A stretch of 64,000 nucleotides of DNA from Antedon mediterranea (lineage: Eukaryota > Animalia > Echinodermata): the NCBI RefSeq assembly GCF_964355755.1, contig NC_092679.1, forward strand, positions 13,747,432 to 13,811,431, written 5' to 3'. Made by a program: the position numbers and the translations under genes. How positions within the stretch are numbered: the first letter of the stretch is position 1; each line of letters opens with the position of its first letter. This document shows, piece after piece, positions 1 through 13,074 of the stretch. A model generated the notes under the pieces. It did no database searches and was not told where the DNA came from. It was given only the letters and a program-made list of their open reading frames with translations.

Positions 1-399
1 AGATGCAAGGCATTTCTGCAATTCTGAGTCAATCATTTCTTTCACATCTAAATCATTAATGCATTCCTTTTGTTTTTCAGGCTGGCTGCTGTCTCCAACA
101 GAATCTGCCGATTGCTCGTCGGTATCTGCCTTTTTCTTTTTGCTACCTGCCATCGAGTTAGAATTAAATGGAGATAACACAGCAAAGCAAGTTGAAAACG
201 ACCACAGTCAAGGTATGCACAAGCAAAGTATGCAGTAGTCCGTTGTTTGGTATAGTGTGGGACAGGTGATGCTTAGTAGTTGATCAATACAAGTAAGAGA
301 TAGCTGTATGCCTAGTAGTTGGGCAAGCTTGAATAGGAATTGGCTAACAATGGTAACCCGGAGCGCGTCGCTCAAACACATCCGTTCACCATGAGAGCT
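1..399 (-). mobile_element. 5' end (5'UTR plus ORF1 start) of an L1/Tx1-like LINE, running off the window
   Basis: ATG at 153 on the minus strand opens MAGSKRKKADTDEQSADSVGDSSQPEKQKECINDLDVKEMIDSELQKMPCI, open to the window edge. A basic N-terminus and a short CpG-containing leader (GCTCTCATGGTGAACGGATGTGTTTGAGCGACGCGCTCC) resemble L1/Tx1 5' ends. Confidence 0.45.
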
Positions 400-414
400 T
401 GTGTGAATGTAAAT

Positions 415-799
415 GGCTCAGGCTATATTATTGTGCCAGTTCTGCGGTACATTTCATTTCGAAACCTAAGCTCCACTGACGAGATCTAATAAGATCGAAA
501 CAGTCTTGTCTGCAGATTGGATATTACACTCCTCTACTTTCTGCTATTATACATATGTATGTTGTTTTATAGAGCACTCTTCAGTTTGAAACGGTGCATT
601 TTGTTGTGAATACTATTTGCATTTTGCAAAGCACGCTCGTTGAGCTTGTGCACTCTTTGTGTTTATAATCCGAGTACCATGTCCCACATACCTGGCTCAG
701 CCTTTATATTGTTCCAGTTCTGCGGTACATTTCATTTTGAAACCTGAGCTGCACTGACTAGATCTAATAAGATCGAAACAATACTGTCTGCAGATTGGA
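415..799. repeat. ~105-bp direct repeat pair (415-521 and 693-799)
   Basis: CCAGTTCTGCGGTACATTTCATTT...GATCTAATAAGATCGAAACA...TGTCTGCAGATTGGA occurs twice. Confidence 0.85.
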
Positions 800-1029
800 G
801 AGATTCTAGATGCATAACAAAAACGTAGATCCAGGCTAATGTACTTGCGTTTTATTTATACATCAAATATACATCAACATAATTTTATGATTCGGTGAAA
901 ATACAAAAATGCTACATATTTATATGCAATGCAATTGCAAATTTATATAATCATAAGCTTTCATTTTTATGCCATATATCAATATGTATGACTTTTAAGA
1001 TTGTTTACTAACTTATTTAATACCCGAGT

Positions 1030-1870
1030 ATATATTGTTGTGGCTTAAATGATGTCATTACATTGTTCAAAATATATTTGACATATGTTTGTGTTGTTAT
1101 ACATGTCATAAGTTTTAATTTGATACAAAAATTGACATGTTTATTGTAACTGGGGCCTCACTGGTCACTTATTTGAGTTGAATAGGAGTCAACTAGCCAC
1201 ACTAGCTAGTGAGATTTCTATTATACGTCGCTTGGCATTATGCAAATCAATCCAGGTAAGCATACGTTCAACAATGATTAAGTAATAGTTAGCTCAGTTA
1301 CGCATACTGCCGTTTCATTTTTCACAAAGTTATGTAATTTATTTATTATATATTATAAACACAAGAGGCAAAGAACATTAATTCTAACCCGCCCGGTGAT
1401 ATACTGAACAGCGGTCCGAGTTCGAGTCTCGGTTGGGGCGACTTTTTCTCATTCTCACAGATTTCCTCATCTTTATCGTTTCAAATTTATTATATATTAT
1501 ATATATATCATGTAGTTCCGTGGTGTTTGTACGTCATAAGTTTTAATTTAATACCAAACATGCCATATTAATTTCCCACGAAGTTTTGTAATATATTATG
1601 GATGTGGCTTTGATGACGTCATTATATTGTGAAATTATATTGTTCTTATGATAGTGGTATTGTACATGTCATATGCTTTAATTTGATAACAAACTTGCCA
1701 TATTTAATTATTTGTTTAATTTTTTCACGAAGTTATGTAATATATAATAAGTGTGGCTTTGATGAAGTCATTATATTGGAAAATTATATTTTCTCATGTG
1801 AGTGGTATTGTACATGTAATAAGCTATAATTTGATACTAAACTTGACATATTTATGTAATTTTCTATAGC
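1030..1870. repeat. Degenerate minisatellite (~150-bp unit, 3-4 copies)
   Basis: Recurring TGTGGCTTTGATGAnGTCATTATATTG...CATGTCATAAGTTTTAATTTGATACnAAACTTGACATATTT units. Confidence 0.6.
1375..1490 (+). mobile_element. Short interspersed repeat with a tRNA-like B box; related to 25392-25550
   Basis: GAGTTCGAGTC B-box followed by TTTCTCATTCTCACAGATTTCCTCATCTTTATC, which is shared with the 25392-25550 copy. Confidence 0.55.
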
Positions 1871-1883
1871 TATATAATATATT

Positions 1884-2476
1884 AACAAGGCCATATACAT
1901 GGCTGCAGTCGCGTGCTCAAGTTAGTGTTTACCGACCGACCAACCAACCGACCGAAATTGCTGAACATATTTAAAAATGTTGAAAATGTTTAAAAACATA
2001 TATATACATATATTTTTTTAATTTACACGTGCGTAGCCTGTCACTTTTGACGTGCTCGTATAACGTAATTTCCAGTTGGAAAGTGAATCAAATATCATGA
2101 CATTTATTAAAAGAAAGGTGCAGTGCGCGTGCAAAAATCTGCGCACTTATTGCAATTAAATTATTTTTTTTTAAATTGCCTGAAACGTACTTTAATTTCA
2201 TCGAAAATAAATTTGACATTTTTGAAAATTTTAAGCGCGCGTACGCATGCGTTATATGCGCTACGCACGTTGCCATATGATGAAATATGATCTGAAATTT
2301 ATGAGTACCAAATTTTATTTAATTGTGATTCATGCTTGTGAAGATATATGATTACACGTGATTTCGTTAAATCGTGCGTAGACCGCGTAATTTTTTAGTC
2401 TTGGCCATAAGAAATATACTCTGAAAATATGACTTACCGACCAACCGACCAACCGACCGACATAGTGAGCTGCAGA
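1884..2476 (+). mobile_element. HINE/DINE-1-like non-autonomous element, family A, diverged and internally deleted copy
   Basis: AACAAGGCC start, subterminal AGTCGCGTG, (ACCG)n microsatellites, core homologous to 56127-56965. Confidence 0.75.
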
Positions 2477-2498
2477 ATATTCCCTTCATTTGAGGTAA

Positions 2499-3070
2499 TC
2501 TATAATTATATAAATTTACGTAAGGGCAAAATTCGGTAAATCACGCGTTATTTCTAGAATGTTTACTCGATGGTATATAAAGTTGATTAGAATCTCGGTA
2601 CTGATTTAAACCACCAGATGTAACCATGTTTACTAATTAAATTGAGTTAGATAATTAGTTATTGACAATTAAAACGAATTTAGGTTGAACGATTTGCCCC
2701 AAATAGGGGTGTTTTCCGACCGTAGTATATACTGTCTAATGGATGTCCTCTTAAAAAATACCTGCACACAATAATACGAGGATGATAAATCACGCGTTAA
2801 TTCTAGAATGTTTACTCGATGGTATATATAGTTGGTACGTACTTTCGATACTGATTTTAACCATCTGATGTAACCCTGTTTACTAATTAAATTGAGTTAG
2901 ATAATTAGTTATTGACAATACCCGCATACAATAATACGAGGATGATTCACATTTTCCTATCTCCTCCTACGATAATTGTTTTTAATGGCTGAAAACGGGT
3001 TGAACAGCTCGAGTACAGTATCATAATGTTGAAGACAGGCCGATTTTCTATTTTGATAGATTTAATATAC
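2499..3070 (+). mobile_element. 5' part of a non-autonomous Helitron (same family as 54456-55848)
   Basis: A|TCTATAATTATATAAATTTACGTAAGGGCAAAATTCGG start; 2510-3050 is the reverse complement of about 55370-55845. Confidence 0.75.
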
Positions 3071-4057
3071 GTTTATACAGTACAAATGTACTGATTTGCA
3101 ATGAATGGAACATTCCAAATTAGTTGGTTTAAACATGCTTGCATACCTCCATGGTTTAACACAAGTAGGTAAATTTATGGGCAATTAGAAAATAAACTAA
3201 ATAGTATTGTAATGCTATAGGTATTAACCACTTTTGATCGCCATTTGAATCGCAAATTTCTTATTGTGTGTCTTGATAGGCCTACTGTTAGATAAAATAT
3301 AAACAAATATACTAATAAACTTTATTACTGTGACTGTGGGGTAGTCCCTACTTTTAGATTATAAATATATAATAATAATAATACTTTATTACTGACAGTT
3401 GCTTCTCCACGTTTGTACCTAGTTAAGCTTAGCCTAACTGGTAGGCTCACTGCTCTGTAGGCGCCTAGTGTACGAGGGTACTGTGAAGTGTAATCAGCCT
3501 AGCCTAGTAGGCTTGGTCTAGTCCTGATGACTTTTACATTGCTTATAGTCCAGTATGAAATGTAGCGATATGATAAGTTGCATTTTTTTTGCTATATTTG
3601 GTAAAAATTGGATATGTTGTAGAATACACATCACTGAATCCAAAAAGTATTTGCTCCATTTTTTTTTTCATACGCAAAGGGGGTTGGCAGCCATTTAAAA
3701 ATGGCCGCCATTTTGGACAAAATTGTTTCAAATATTGTAAGTTTATGACATTTAAAGATGTTATTGAGATAGAAATTCAATCATAAAAGTAACAATAAAT
3801 GTTCAAATAATATTTCATATTTGTGTAACAGAAAAGCCAAAATGGCAGACATTTCAACCAAAATGGCCGCCATTTTATCCAACATGGCCGCCATTTTTAT
3901 CTGAAATGGCTACATAATCAAATTGTTTTTTTTAACTTTAATTAAATACATAGGCTATAACATAATGATATTTGTGTTTAATTACTTTAATTATTCGTCG
4001 TCATTTTAGCCATCACTATCACTGTCCGAATCGGATGTAGACAACAATGGTCATATG

Positions 4058-4705
4058 TTGATTTGATTTGTATTCATTTGGAAAATCATCATAAAAAATA
4101 CATACAAAGTGATAACATAAATTACGGACATTACAAATAATACATTTATAAAAGATTTTCCAGGATAGCCCAAAAAGCTTATCAGCTTATTTCCATTGGG
4201 ATCCTTTACAATCTAAAATAAAAACATTACAAAATATTGCATTAAACACGTAAATATAACAAAAACAATAATATAAAAAACAAGTTAAATTAAAGACTAT
4301 GATTGACTTATATAGTTATTTGGTAGAACAGAAATGTGATTTAACATTTTTCTTAAAATTAAATTTGTTTTCTATTTGCTGAATGGAATGAGGTAGGTTA
4401 TTCCATGCCTGTATAATAAAACGTAGATATTTGACTATCAGATTTAGGAACTGAAAATCCATTGACCTTACTTCTAGTCATATAATGGTGGTTAGATGAA
4501 ACTCTTTTAAACTTTTCAGTTAAATAAGATACTGATTTTCCATAAAAAATCTTATGAACATGATTAAGTTTGAGTTGGCAAATTCTATCCTCTAGACATA
4601 ATTGACCGATTTGGTTCAGTTCGTCTTTACCAATATGTGCACGATCATTTTTATTTAATATAAACCTAGTAACTTTATTTTGACTGGTTTGAAGTCTGTT
4701 ATTCA
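4058..4705 (-). mobile_element. 3' fragment of a CR1/L2-type LINE inserted in the left Academ arm
   Basis: RT C-terminus (RLQTSQNKVTRFIL...HHYMTRS...FSVP) plus 3'UTR ending in (CAAAT)n. Confidence 0.75.
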
Positions 4706-5305
4706 CGTCTGCTTCGCATTTACACATCTCGGTACATTATAGATCCATATATTGGCCTGGAGATGTGCACGTAGTATGTGCTGGTGCAACGCTCCAGAAG
4801 TTGGTGGCAATTTTTCCACACCTTGATTATTTGGCAGTGTTTTGAACCACTGACACCCTTTTAGTTCCAAGAAGACTGCACAGAAACTTCTCGCATCCTG
4901 CCTTCCCATTGAAAGATGGCATATTGTCTTTTCCGAGTTTGACTAGAGCTTCTATGATGTGAGGAGGTGACTTCATATACAATCTTAAAAGCTGTTTTTT
5001 TCCTGTGACCCGTAACACCACATCCAGTGATAGCATAGAAACCTGGTAGTCCGGCTGCCTTTTCTGGTCCAAGGTGATCGTATATTGGTTGAAGAGTAAT
5101 TCTTCTTCCTGTTTCAGCTGTGCCTGAGTGTTAAAATTCCAGTATTTTCCCCCAAATGTTGTAGGCGCCTTAGAATTAAAACAAACCAGTCGGTATCTTG
5201 CGTGAAGAAGTCGACTTCATTTCCTGGTGTAGATGCTATTTCAATGCCATGAGGGATCATTAGTGTGTCTACCTCTTCTTGGGTGTTCACGTGACTGTTA
5301 CAATA
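4706..5305 (-). pseudogene. Inverted partial copy of the Academ XPG-like coding region
   Basis: Reverse complement of about 5740-6270 plus 6470-6500; LPPTSGALHQHILRAHLQANIW, GFHAITG, EEVDTLMI motifs. Confidence 0.8.
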
Positions 5306-5335
5306 GGATGATTAATATCACCTCAGCCTGTGAAT

Positions 5336-6558
5336 CGCTATCTCATCATCGATGGAATGGCAGTTGTTCAAACTCTTATGAATGTTCAGACTTTTACCAC
5401 CTGCAAAGATTTTGTGGAGGCATTTGTAGCCTGCATAGATTCTCTACTTAACAAATACATTTATGTTGGTGGACGTGTTGTCTTTGACAATTATGAGAAG
5501 ACACTTTCGCTTAAAGACAATATCCGATATCAATCATCTCCTCCTAAAATTGTGGAAATTATTGTGGAAGATTCCACACTGATTAAAAACAAAGCAATAT
5601 TCTTGTCAAGCAACACGACAAAAGATCAACTCACAATTTATCTTGCCGACAAATCAGTACGAAATTGTAAACATCCTATTGTAACAGTCATGCGACAAGA
5701 TGAACACAAACACACCTGAACATTCCCCAACACCACCTGTGAGCACCCAAAGAAGAGGTAGATATACTAATGATCCCTCATGGTATTGAAGTAGCATCTA
5801 CACCAGGAAATGAAGTCGACTTATTTGTTTTAATTTGAAGGCGCCTACAACAGTTAGGGGAAAATTCTGGTATTTTAACAGGCACAGCTGAAACAAGAAG
5901 AATTGCTCTTTAATCAATATACGATCCCCTTGGACCGGAAAAGGCAGCCAGACTACCAGGTTTCCATGCTATCACTGGATGTACACAGGAAAAAACAGCT
6001 TTTAAGATGTATATGAAGTCATCTCCTCACATCATAGAAGCGTTAGTCAAACTCGGTGAAGACAATGTGCCATCTTTCAATGTGAAGGCAGGATGCGAGG
6101 AGTTTCTGTGCGGTCTTATTGAAACTAAAAGGGTGTCAGCCAAAGATTCATCAACCCTGAGATGGAAACGGTTCAAAACACTGCCAAATAATCAAGGTGT
6201 GGAAAAATTGCCACCAACGTCTGGAGCGTTGCACCAGCACATACTACGTGCACATCTCCAGGCCAATATATATATGGAGCCATGTAACTATTGATCCAAT
6301 AATTCCTGATCCATGCCAAAACTTGACTGGTTTATAGAGAACGGTAAACTAAGACCAGTATTATACGAGAAGCAAACTGCTCCAGAAGCAGTTGTGGAGC
6401 TAATACGGTGTTCATGTTTAAGTACATGTTCCCATAATACATGCACGTGCAAGAAAAACAATCTACAATATACCGAGATGTGTAAATGCGAAACAGACGA
6501 GAATAACTGTCACAATAATTATATGACCATTGTTGTCTACATCCGATTCGGACAGTGA
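5336..6558 (+). pseudogene. Decayed Academ transposase C-terminal region (XPG/PIN-like nuclease plus CXC Cys-rich domain)
   Basis: IDGMAVVQ, VVFDNY, EEVDILMI, GFHAITGC, LPPTSGALHQHILRAHLQ and CSCLSTCSHNTCTCKKNNLQYTEMCKC motifs across frameshifted ORFs 5330-5719, 6007-6294 and 6313-6558. Confidence 0.75.
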
Positions 6559-7878
6559 TAACGAAAGTGACGACGAATAAGTAAAGTAATTAAACACAAA
6601 TATTATTATGTTGTTATGTTGGTTCCTTTATAGCCCATGTATTTAATCAAAGTTAAAGAAAAAACAATTTTATTATGTGGCCATTTCAGATAAAAATGAC
6701 GGCCATGTTGGATAAAATGGAGACCATTTTGGTTGAAATGTCAGCCATTGTTCTGTTACACAAATGATGTGAAATATTATTTGAACATTTATTGTTACTT
6801 ATATGACTGAATTTCCATCTCGATAAAACCCCCCTTGCCTATAAACACAAAATGGAGAAAATACTTTTTGGATTCAGTGATGTCTATTCTACAACATATC
6901 CAATTGTAAATATAGGTGAATAAAAAAATATTTGATTGATATATGTGGCAATTTTAGATAAAATGGTAGCCATATTGGCTAAAATGACAGCCATTTTGGG
7001 CATAATAGCGGCCATTTTGACTTGTTCAGTTACAAATATGGTGTGAAATATTATTTAAACATTTATTGTTACTTTTATGATTGAATTTCTATCTTGATAA
7101 CATCTTTTAATGTCATAAACTTACAATATTTGAAACAATTTTGTCCAAAATGGCGGCCATTTTGAAATGGCTGCCAATCCCCATTGCGTATGAAAAAAAA
7201 AATGGAGCAAATACTTTTAGGATTCAGTGATGTCTATTCTACAACATATCTAATTTTTACCAAATATATGTGAATAAAAGTTTAAAAAAATATTTGATTG
7301 ATATATGTCGCCATTTTAGATAAAATGGTGGCCATGTTGGATAAAATGGCAGCCATTTTGGGCATAATGCCGGCCATTTTGGCTTGTTCAGTTACAAAAA
7401 TGAAGTGAAATATTATGTGAACATTTATTGTTACTTTTATGATTGAATTTCTATCTCGATAACATCTTTTAATGCCATATATACTTACAATATTTTGTCC
7501 AAAATGGCGGCCATTTTGAAATGGCTGCCAACCCCCCTTGCGTATGAAAAAAAAAATTGAGCAAATACTTTTTGGATTCAGTGATGTCTATTCTACAACA
7601 TATCCAAATTTTATCAAATATAGCAAAAAAAAATGCAACTTTCCAAATTATCCTAGACTATTAGCCTAGATTTCCGCATGAATACATTGTTTTTATTGTT
7701 ATTCATTATTATTGTATTCCTAAATGGGATCAGGTGCCGTTTTCGGCCACCTCGACTTGTATGAACTATTCCATTATAAAAGATGGAAAAATAGGGGTGT
7801 CCAATTTATTAGGTGATCATTTAGAATAAAATGATCACCTATTGTTATTGTATGAAATCTTTATTCTTCTTCTTATTC

Positions 7879-10800
7879 TTATTAGTTATCCGCTTAGTAG
7901 CGGATAACTTCTTGTAATCGTCCTGTTACTTTTTTTTTTTTTTTTTTTTTTTCTTATTTCTTTCTCCTCCATTTTTGTGCCTCACGTATCTCAAAAACTT
8001 GTAAACATAACATTTTATAACTTTGTCAACATATGGGCATTTACGTGAAGTTGTGCACCTCCTATTTTTGAATGACGTCAGAGTTGCGCAACGTGACTTA
8101 CGTGCGATTTTATGATTTTTTATGATTGATCATAGACTAAAAACCAAGCATAAATTTGTTTTGACACTTTGTGAAAATTTAAGTCATATCAAGGGCAAAC
8201 TTTTTGTGGATTAAAAATGCCATGTTTTACAAGACGTTACGCGCGCACGCGCATTTCTCCTCTATTTTTGTATCTCGCGTATCTCAAAAACGTGTAAACA
8301 TAACATTTCATAACTTTGTCAACATATGGGCATTCACGTGAAGTTGTGCACCTCCTATTGTGAATGACGTCAGAAATGCGCAACGTGACTTACGCACGAT
8401 TTTATGAATTTCGCGTATTTAACATAGATTTAAAACCATATAACAATTTAAATTGAAACTTAGCAAAAGTTTAATTTATATCATGCGCTAACTTTCTGTG
8501 GAAAAAAAGTGCGTGTTTTACACAAAGTTACGCGCGCACGCGCATTTAAAATTAAAAATGCGCACAATTAATTTTTAATCAACTTTCTATGCTGATCATG
8601 ACATTTTGACCATGTCAAAATTTCCCACGCGCGCAAATAATTTTATGCGCGTGGTGCGCACGTAGCGCTAAAAGTATTTTTTTTTTATTGAATTATGTTT
8701 TTCCAGCCTTTTATAGTAATGTTACCAATTTTAAAACAATTTCGACTTACAATTACGTCATACGGGCACGTTGAATTGGATATTTTACGTGCGTTTTTGA
8801 TGAAAAAGTTCAAAAATTTGTCAAAATTATGCCTTTTTTTAAACAGTCATAGATTCTAAACAACGAGGTGAACTTTTTTTTAATTACATATTCTGGAAGT
8901 TGATGAGTTGTAGAAATCGAATCATGAATCAATATGGCTAACGGGACATTGTGACGTCATCGTATGGCCACACGAATGTAAAATATAGGATTTTTGTCTC
9001 TTTCGTTATTGCTCATCATATTCAATGGAGCGCATCACGCCTATCTGTATTCCTTTTTCTCTGAGATTTTAATATTGTCTAGGTCAATCAACTATCTTAC
9101 GCATGAGTTAAAAATATTTTAATTTTTATGACGTCACCATGCCTAAAAATTTTAATTAACAGCGTCATTAATTTCATCTTTACAGTAAATTTTAATCTGT
9201 TATAGCTCGTAAGAATAAAATGTGATAATCACGATTAAAACGTTTTCAGGAAGCTATGGGTTTGTAGATACGAAATCATGTGAACTTTTCGCCAATCAGA
9301 TGTTGTGACGTCATCATATGGCCAGTTAAATAAACAAAGTCGTATTTTCATCTTTTGCGTCATAGTTCATTACATTTAAAAAAGCGCGCATTAATATTTC
9401 ACGTATTCAAATTTCTTCTAAACGTTAATATGTTGTTGCTGAGATAATTTTCTTCCGAAATTACTACAGTACCTTCGCGTTTCCTTTTGAAAATTAAAAT
9501 AAGATACGGGTCCCGTAATTTCACCTATTTTACACTGTTTGTGACATGTATACAGATTATACTGTGTATACTATATGACAGAAAATATACCGCATTCAGT
9601 ACTAACAACACATCATATTCTTCAGTTCAGGTCATAATGACATAATCTTTTTCGGTGTGCAATATTCCAACGTATGACGTGCACGTGGCGTTTGTCGTGG
9701 TGCGGATAACTAACTCGTCAAAGTGACGAGTTTCATGTCTAGTTCTTCTTTCTTTCCCAGAATTTTGTTGCGCGTGTATCTCTAAATCTTCACAACATAA
9801 CATTATATAACTTTATCAAAAGATTTACCTCTATCTGAAGATGTCGTAATAGGGTTTTCGGTACCGTCCGAGTTGCGCAGCGTAAGTTACGCGCGATTTT
9901 ATGAATTTCGAGAATTTCATTTAGATCGAAAACTATTAAACCATTTAAATTGAAACTTGGCAAAAGTTTAATTTATATCATGCGCTAAATTTCTATGGAG
10001 AGAAAATTGCATGTTTTACAGAAAGTTACGCGCGCACGCGCGTTTAAAATTTCAAAATGCGAAAAATCAATTTCTAATCAACTTTCTACGCGTTTCATGT
10101 CATTTTGAGCATTTCAAAAATTCCCACGCGTGCGCACTTTTCTTACGCGCGCGTGCGCACGTAGCGCAAAAACATCTTTTTTTTGCTTGATTTTTGTTTT
10201 TCCAGCCTTTTCTAGTAAATTTACCAATTTTCAATCAATTTCGACTTAAAATCACGTCATACGAGCACGTAGAATTGAACAATTTGCGCGCGTTTTTGAT
10301 GAAAAAGTTTAAAAATTCGTGAAAATTATGCCTTTTTTAAAAAAGTCATAGATTCTAAACTACGTAGTGAACTTTTTTTAAATTACACATTCTGGAAGTA
10401 GATGAGTTGTAGATTTTGAATCATGCATCAATATAGCTAACCGGACATTGTGACGTCATCGTATGGCCACTCAAATATAAAATATAGGATTTTTGTCTCT
10501 TTCGTCATAGCTCATCACATTTAATAGAGCGCATCTCCACTTATCCGTATTCCATTTCTCCCCATTTTTACATATTGTCTAGGCCAATCAATTATCTTTC
10601 GCATGATATATCGTTTTTAAAATTGTGATGACGTCATCATGTCCAAAAGCGTCAATAACTTTGGTCACTTCTTTTCACCTTTTCTGCACTGTATGTAGTA
10701 CGTATACAGTATATAGTGTATACCGTATATACTTAGACGTGACGCAAAATAGAGGGCACACTAAAATTTTTTTCAATGGCATAATCGTTTTTCTGCGCGC

Positions 10801-10882
10801 AATATTCTAACGTATTACGTGCACGTGGCTTTTGCGCTGCGGATAACCTAACTCGTCCGTAGTGACGAGTTCAAATCTAGTT
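7879..10882 (+). mobile_element. HINE family B inner element(s): one head, two cores and two tails (7879-9744 and 9745-10882)
   Basis: Head AGTTATCCGC...GCGGATAACT; both tails read GCGGATAAC-x-AACTCGTCnnnGTGACGAGTT...CTAGTT. Cores are homologous to each other and to 15450-16877. Confidence 0.75.
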
Positions 10883-11829
10883 ATTTATTTCTCTCTGTAC
10901 AAATTTGTGTAACAAATATCTCAAAAAGTTTAATGTCAATGATTACCAAAATTTCACATTGTCTTTCAAGTACTTTAACTTATAGTAGAGGCTATATATG
11001 GTTTGACCTTGAAAAAATTCTAATAAAAGGTCTTTTGGTATTTTCTTGTAGCTTTAGGTGTCAATAATTACCAAAAAATTTTTGCAGCCTTCTAGTTGCT
11101 GCGTTAGTGAGATATTGAGGGTCAAAGGTCAGTGACCTTTTTGTGGCATTTGATGGCTCATAACTCCTCAACTCCTGGGTTTAAAAAGACAAATGTGGTT
11201 TCTACATCTATGTTTTAGTGGTCAAACAACAAAATAAAGTTTTTGCAAATTTTGGGTTACTTGTGCCATTGGTCAGATAGTCGGGTCAAAGGTCATTGAC
11301 CTTTATTCATTAATAACTACTGCTAGTGTAGGACCTGAGTAAGATTTGTATGCATTCAATTTAGGAGAGAATATCTCAACTGTTATAGGATAATTTGACC
11401 CCAAGGAACAATATGGGATATGTGTCAAATTCGTTATCTGGGGCGAAAATGCCCAAAATCGGGGTCAAGGGTTAGAAATGTGTGGTTCTTATATCTCGAC
11501 AACCACTTGTCATACAGATTTGCTTTTGGTGTCAAATTGTTCAGAATATACATATTTATATTCGGTCTAACACAACTTTTACCCAAAAAAATGACCGGAA
11601 ATGCTTTTACTGACCTTTGACCAAAAAACACATTTTCGGGTTAAATATTTAAAATGTCAATGGACACACTGTATGGTATCAAATGAAAGCATATACAATA
11701 TGCTACCCATTGCTACCCAACTTGTATTTAATTATGTGATGTTATTTTTGGAAAATATGCATATTTTATTAAATTTAGACAAAAATGAGTATAAATTAAT
11801 GTAAGTTTATTTTAGGTGAAATAATTCTA

Positions 11830-12900
11830 GCGTTGTAATGAAATATTTGGTATAAAAAAGAAAAGACTTAGTTGTAGTTTATTAAGTTCTTTATTTGGTA
11901 GACCAAACAAAATGGCATTGCAGTAGTCTAACCGTGATGTTATTAGTGCATGGACAAGTTTAATAACCGAGGAGTGTGTTTGCGAATTGATCTTATGTTA
12001 CGAAGGTGGTAGGTATCAGTTACTAATGTTGTTGATATGTCTGGACATAATCGTTGCTGAGTCAAATACAACTCCGATATATCTAACCTCCAACGATGAT
12101 GTGATTGATGTTTCTAGCAATGGCCAATTTCTTGAAGTGTTTTGAATGAAGAAATAAGATTTCTGTTTTACCAGGTTTAAAAAGAGCATGTTTTTAGTTA
12201 GCCAATCCTGAACATCAACAACACAAGCTTCGATAACCGATTTCGCCTCATTAAACTCTGCTGGATTAAAGCTGGTGTACAGTTGTGTATCATCTGCGTA
12301 CACATGATATTGGACACAATGTCTCTTAATGATATCACTCATGGGCGAGATGTAAACTAAAAACAATACTGGACCCAGTATTGATCCTTGAGGAACACCG
12401 CATTTCAGGTCGATAGAGGTGGATTTGACATTACCAATCCGCACCTGCTGCTTCCTAGAAGACAAATATGACTTGAACCAATTTAGAGCAGATCCACAGA
12501 TACCAATAGACGAGAGTCTTGCAATAAGAATGGAATAGTCCATGGTATCAGAAGCTGCCGACAGGTCGAGGTACACAGAAAAAAGACAATTACCTTTATT
12601 CAGAGTTAAAATAATATCAGTATGCACCTTGAGAATGGCTGACTCTGTACTGTGGTGCTTTCTATATGCTGATTGAAGAGGGTCGAACAGATTATTGTCG
12701 TCAAGAAAATGTATGAGATCTAAAGCAACGCATTTCTCAAGGATCAATTAGATAAAAAAGCGACATTAGAAATAGATCGAAAATTTGCCATGCAAGTATG
12801 ATCCAGTGAAGGTTTCTTTAAAATAAATGTAACTAGACCCAACTTCAAATCATCAGGAAAGGTCGTACCAGTTGATAAAGATAAATTAATAATAATTCTA
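11830..12900 (-). mobile_element. L2/CR1-type LINE reverse-transcriptase fragment
   Basis: ORF 12016-12747: QSAYRKHHSTE, LDLSAASDT, GVPQGSILGP, YADDTQLY. Confidence 0.9.
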
Positions 12901-13074
12901 AATACTGAAGTCAATTATGCACATTTTCCATAAAGTTATATTCCTAATTAAAAATTTCAATACAAGTTGGGTAGCAATGCGTAGCATATTGTATATGCTT
13001 CCATTTTATACCATACAGTGTGTCCATTGACATTTTAAAGAATAATTTAACCAGAAAATGTGTTTTTTTGGTCA

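Larger units (their letters stand above)
3546..7660. mobile_element. Academ (AcademX-type) DNA transposon derivative with a large inverted duplication
   Basis: TAGTC...GACTA termini, TTA duplicated on both flanks, long imperfect TIRs, tandem subterminal repeats (6660-7640), and internal XPG-like plus CXC coding remnants. Confidence 0.8.

Noticed and set aside
4398-4727. Chimeric ORF MCKCEADV-NNRLQ...
   Set aside because: Chance in-frame junction of an Academ CXC remnant and a LINE fragment at a GAATAAC microhomology.
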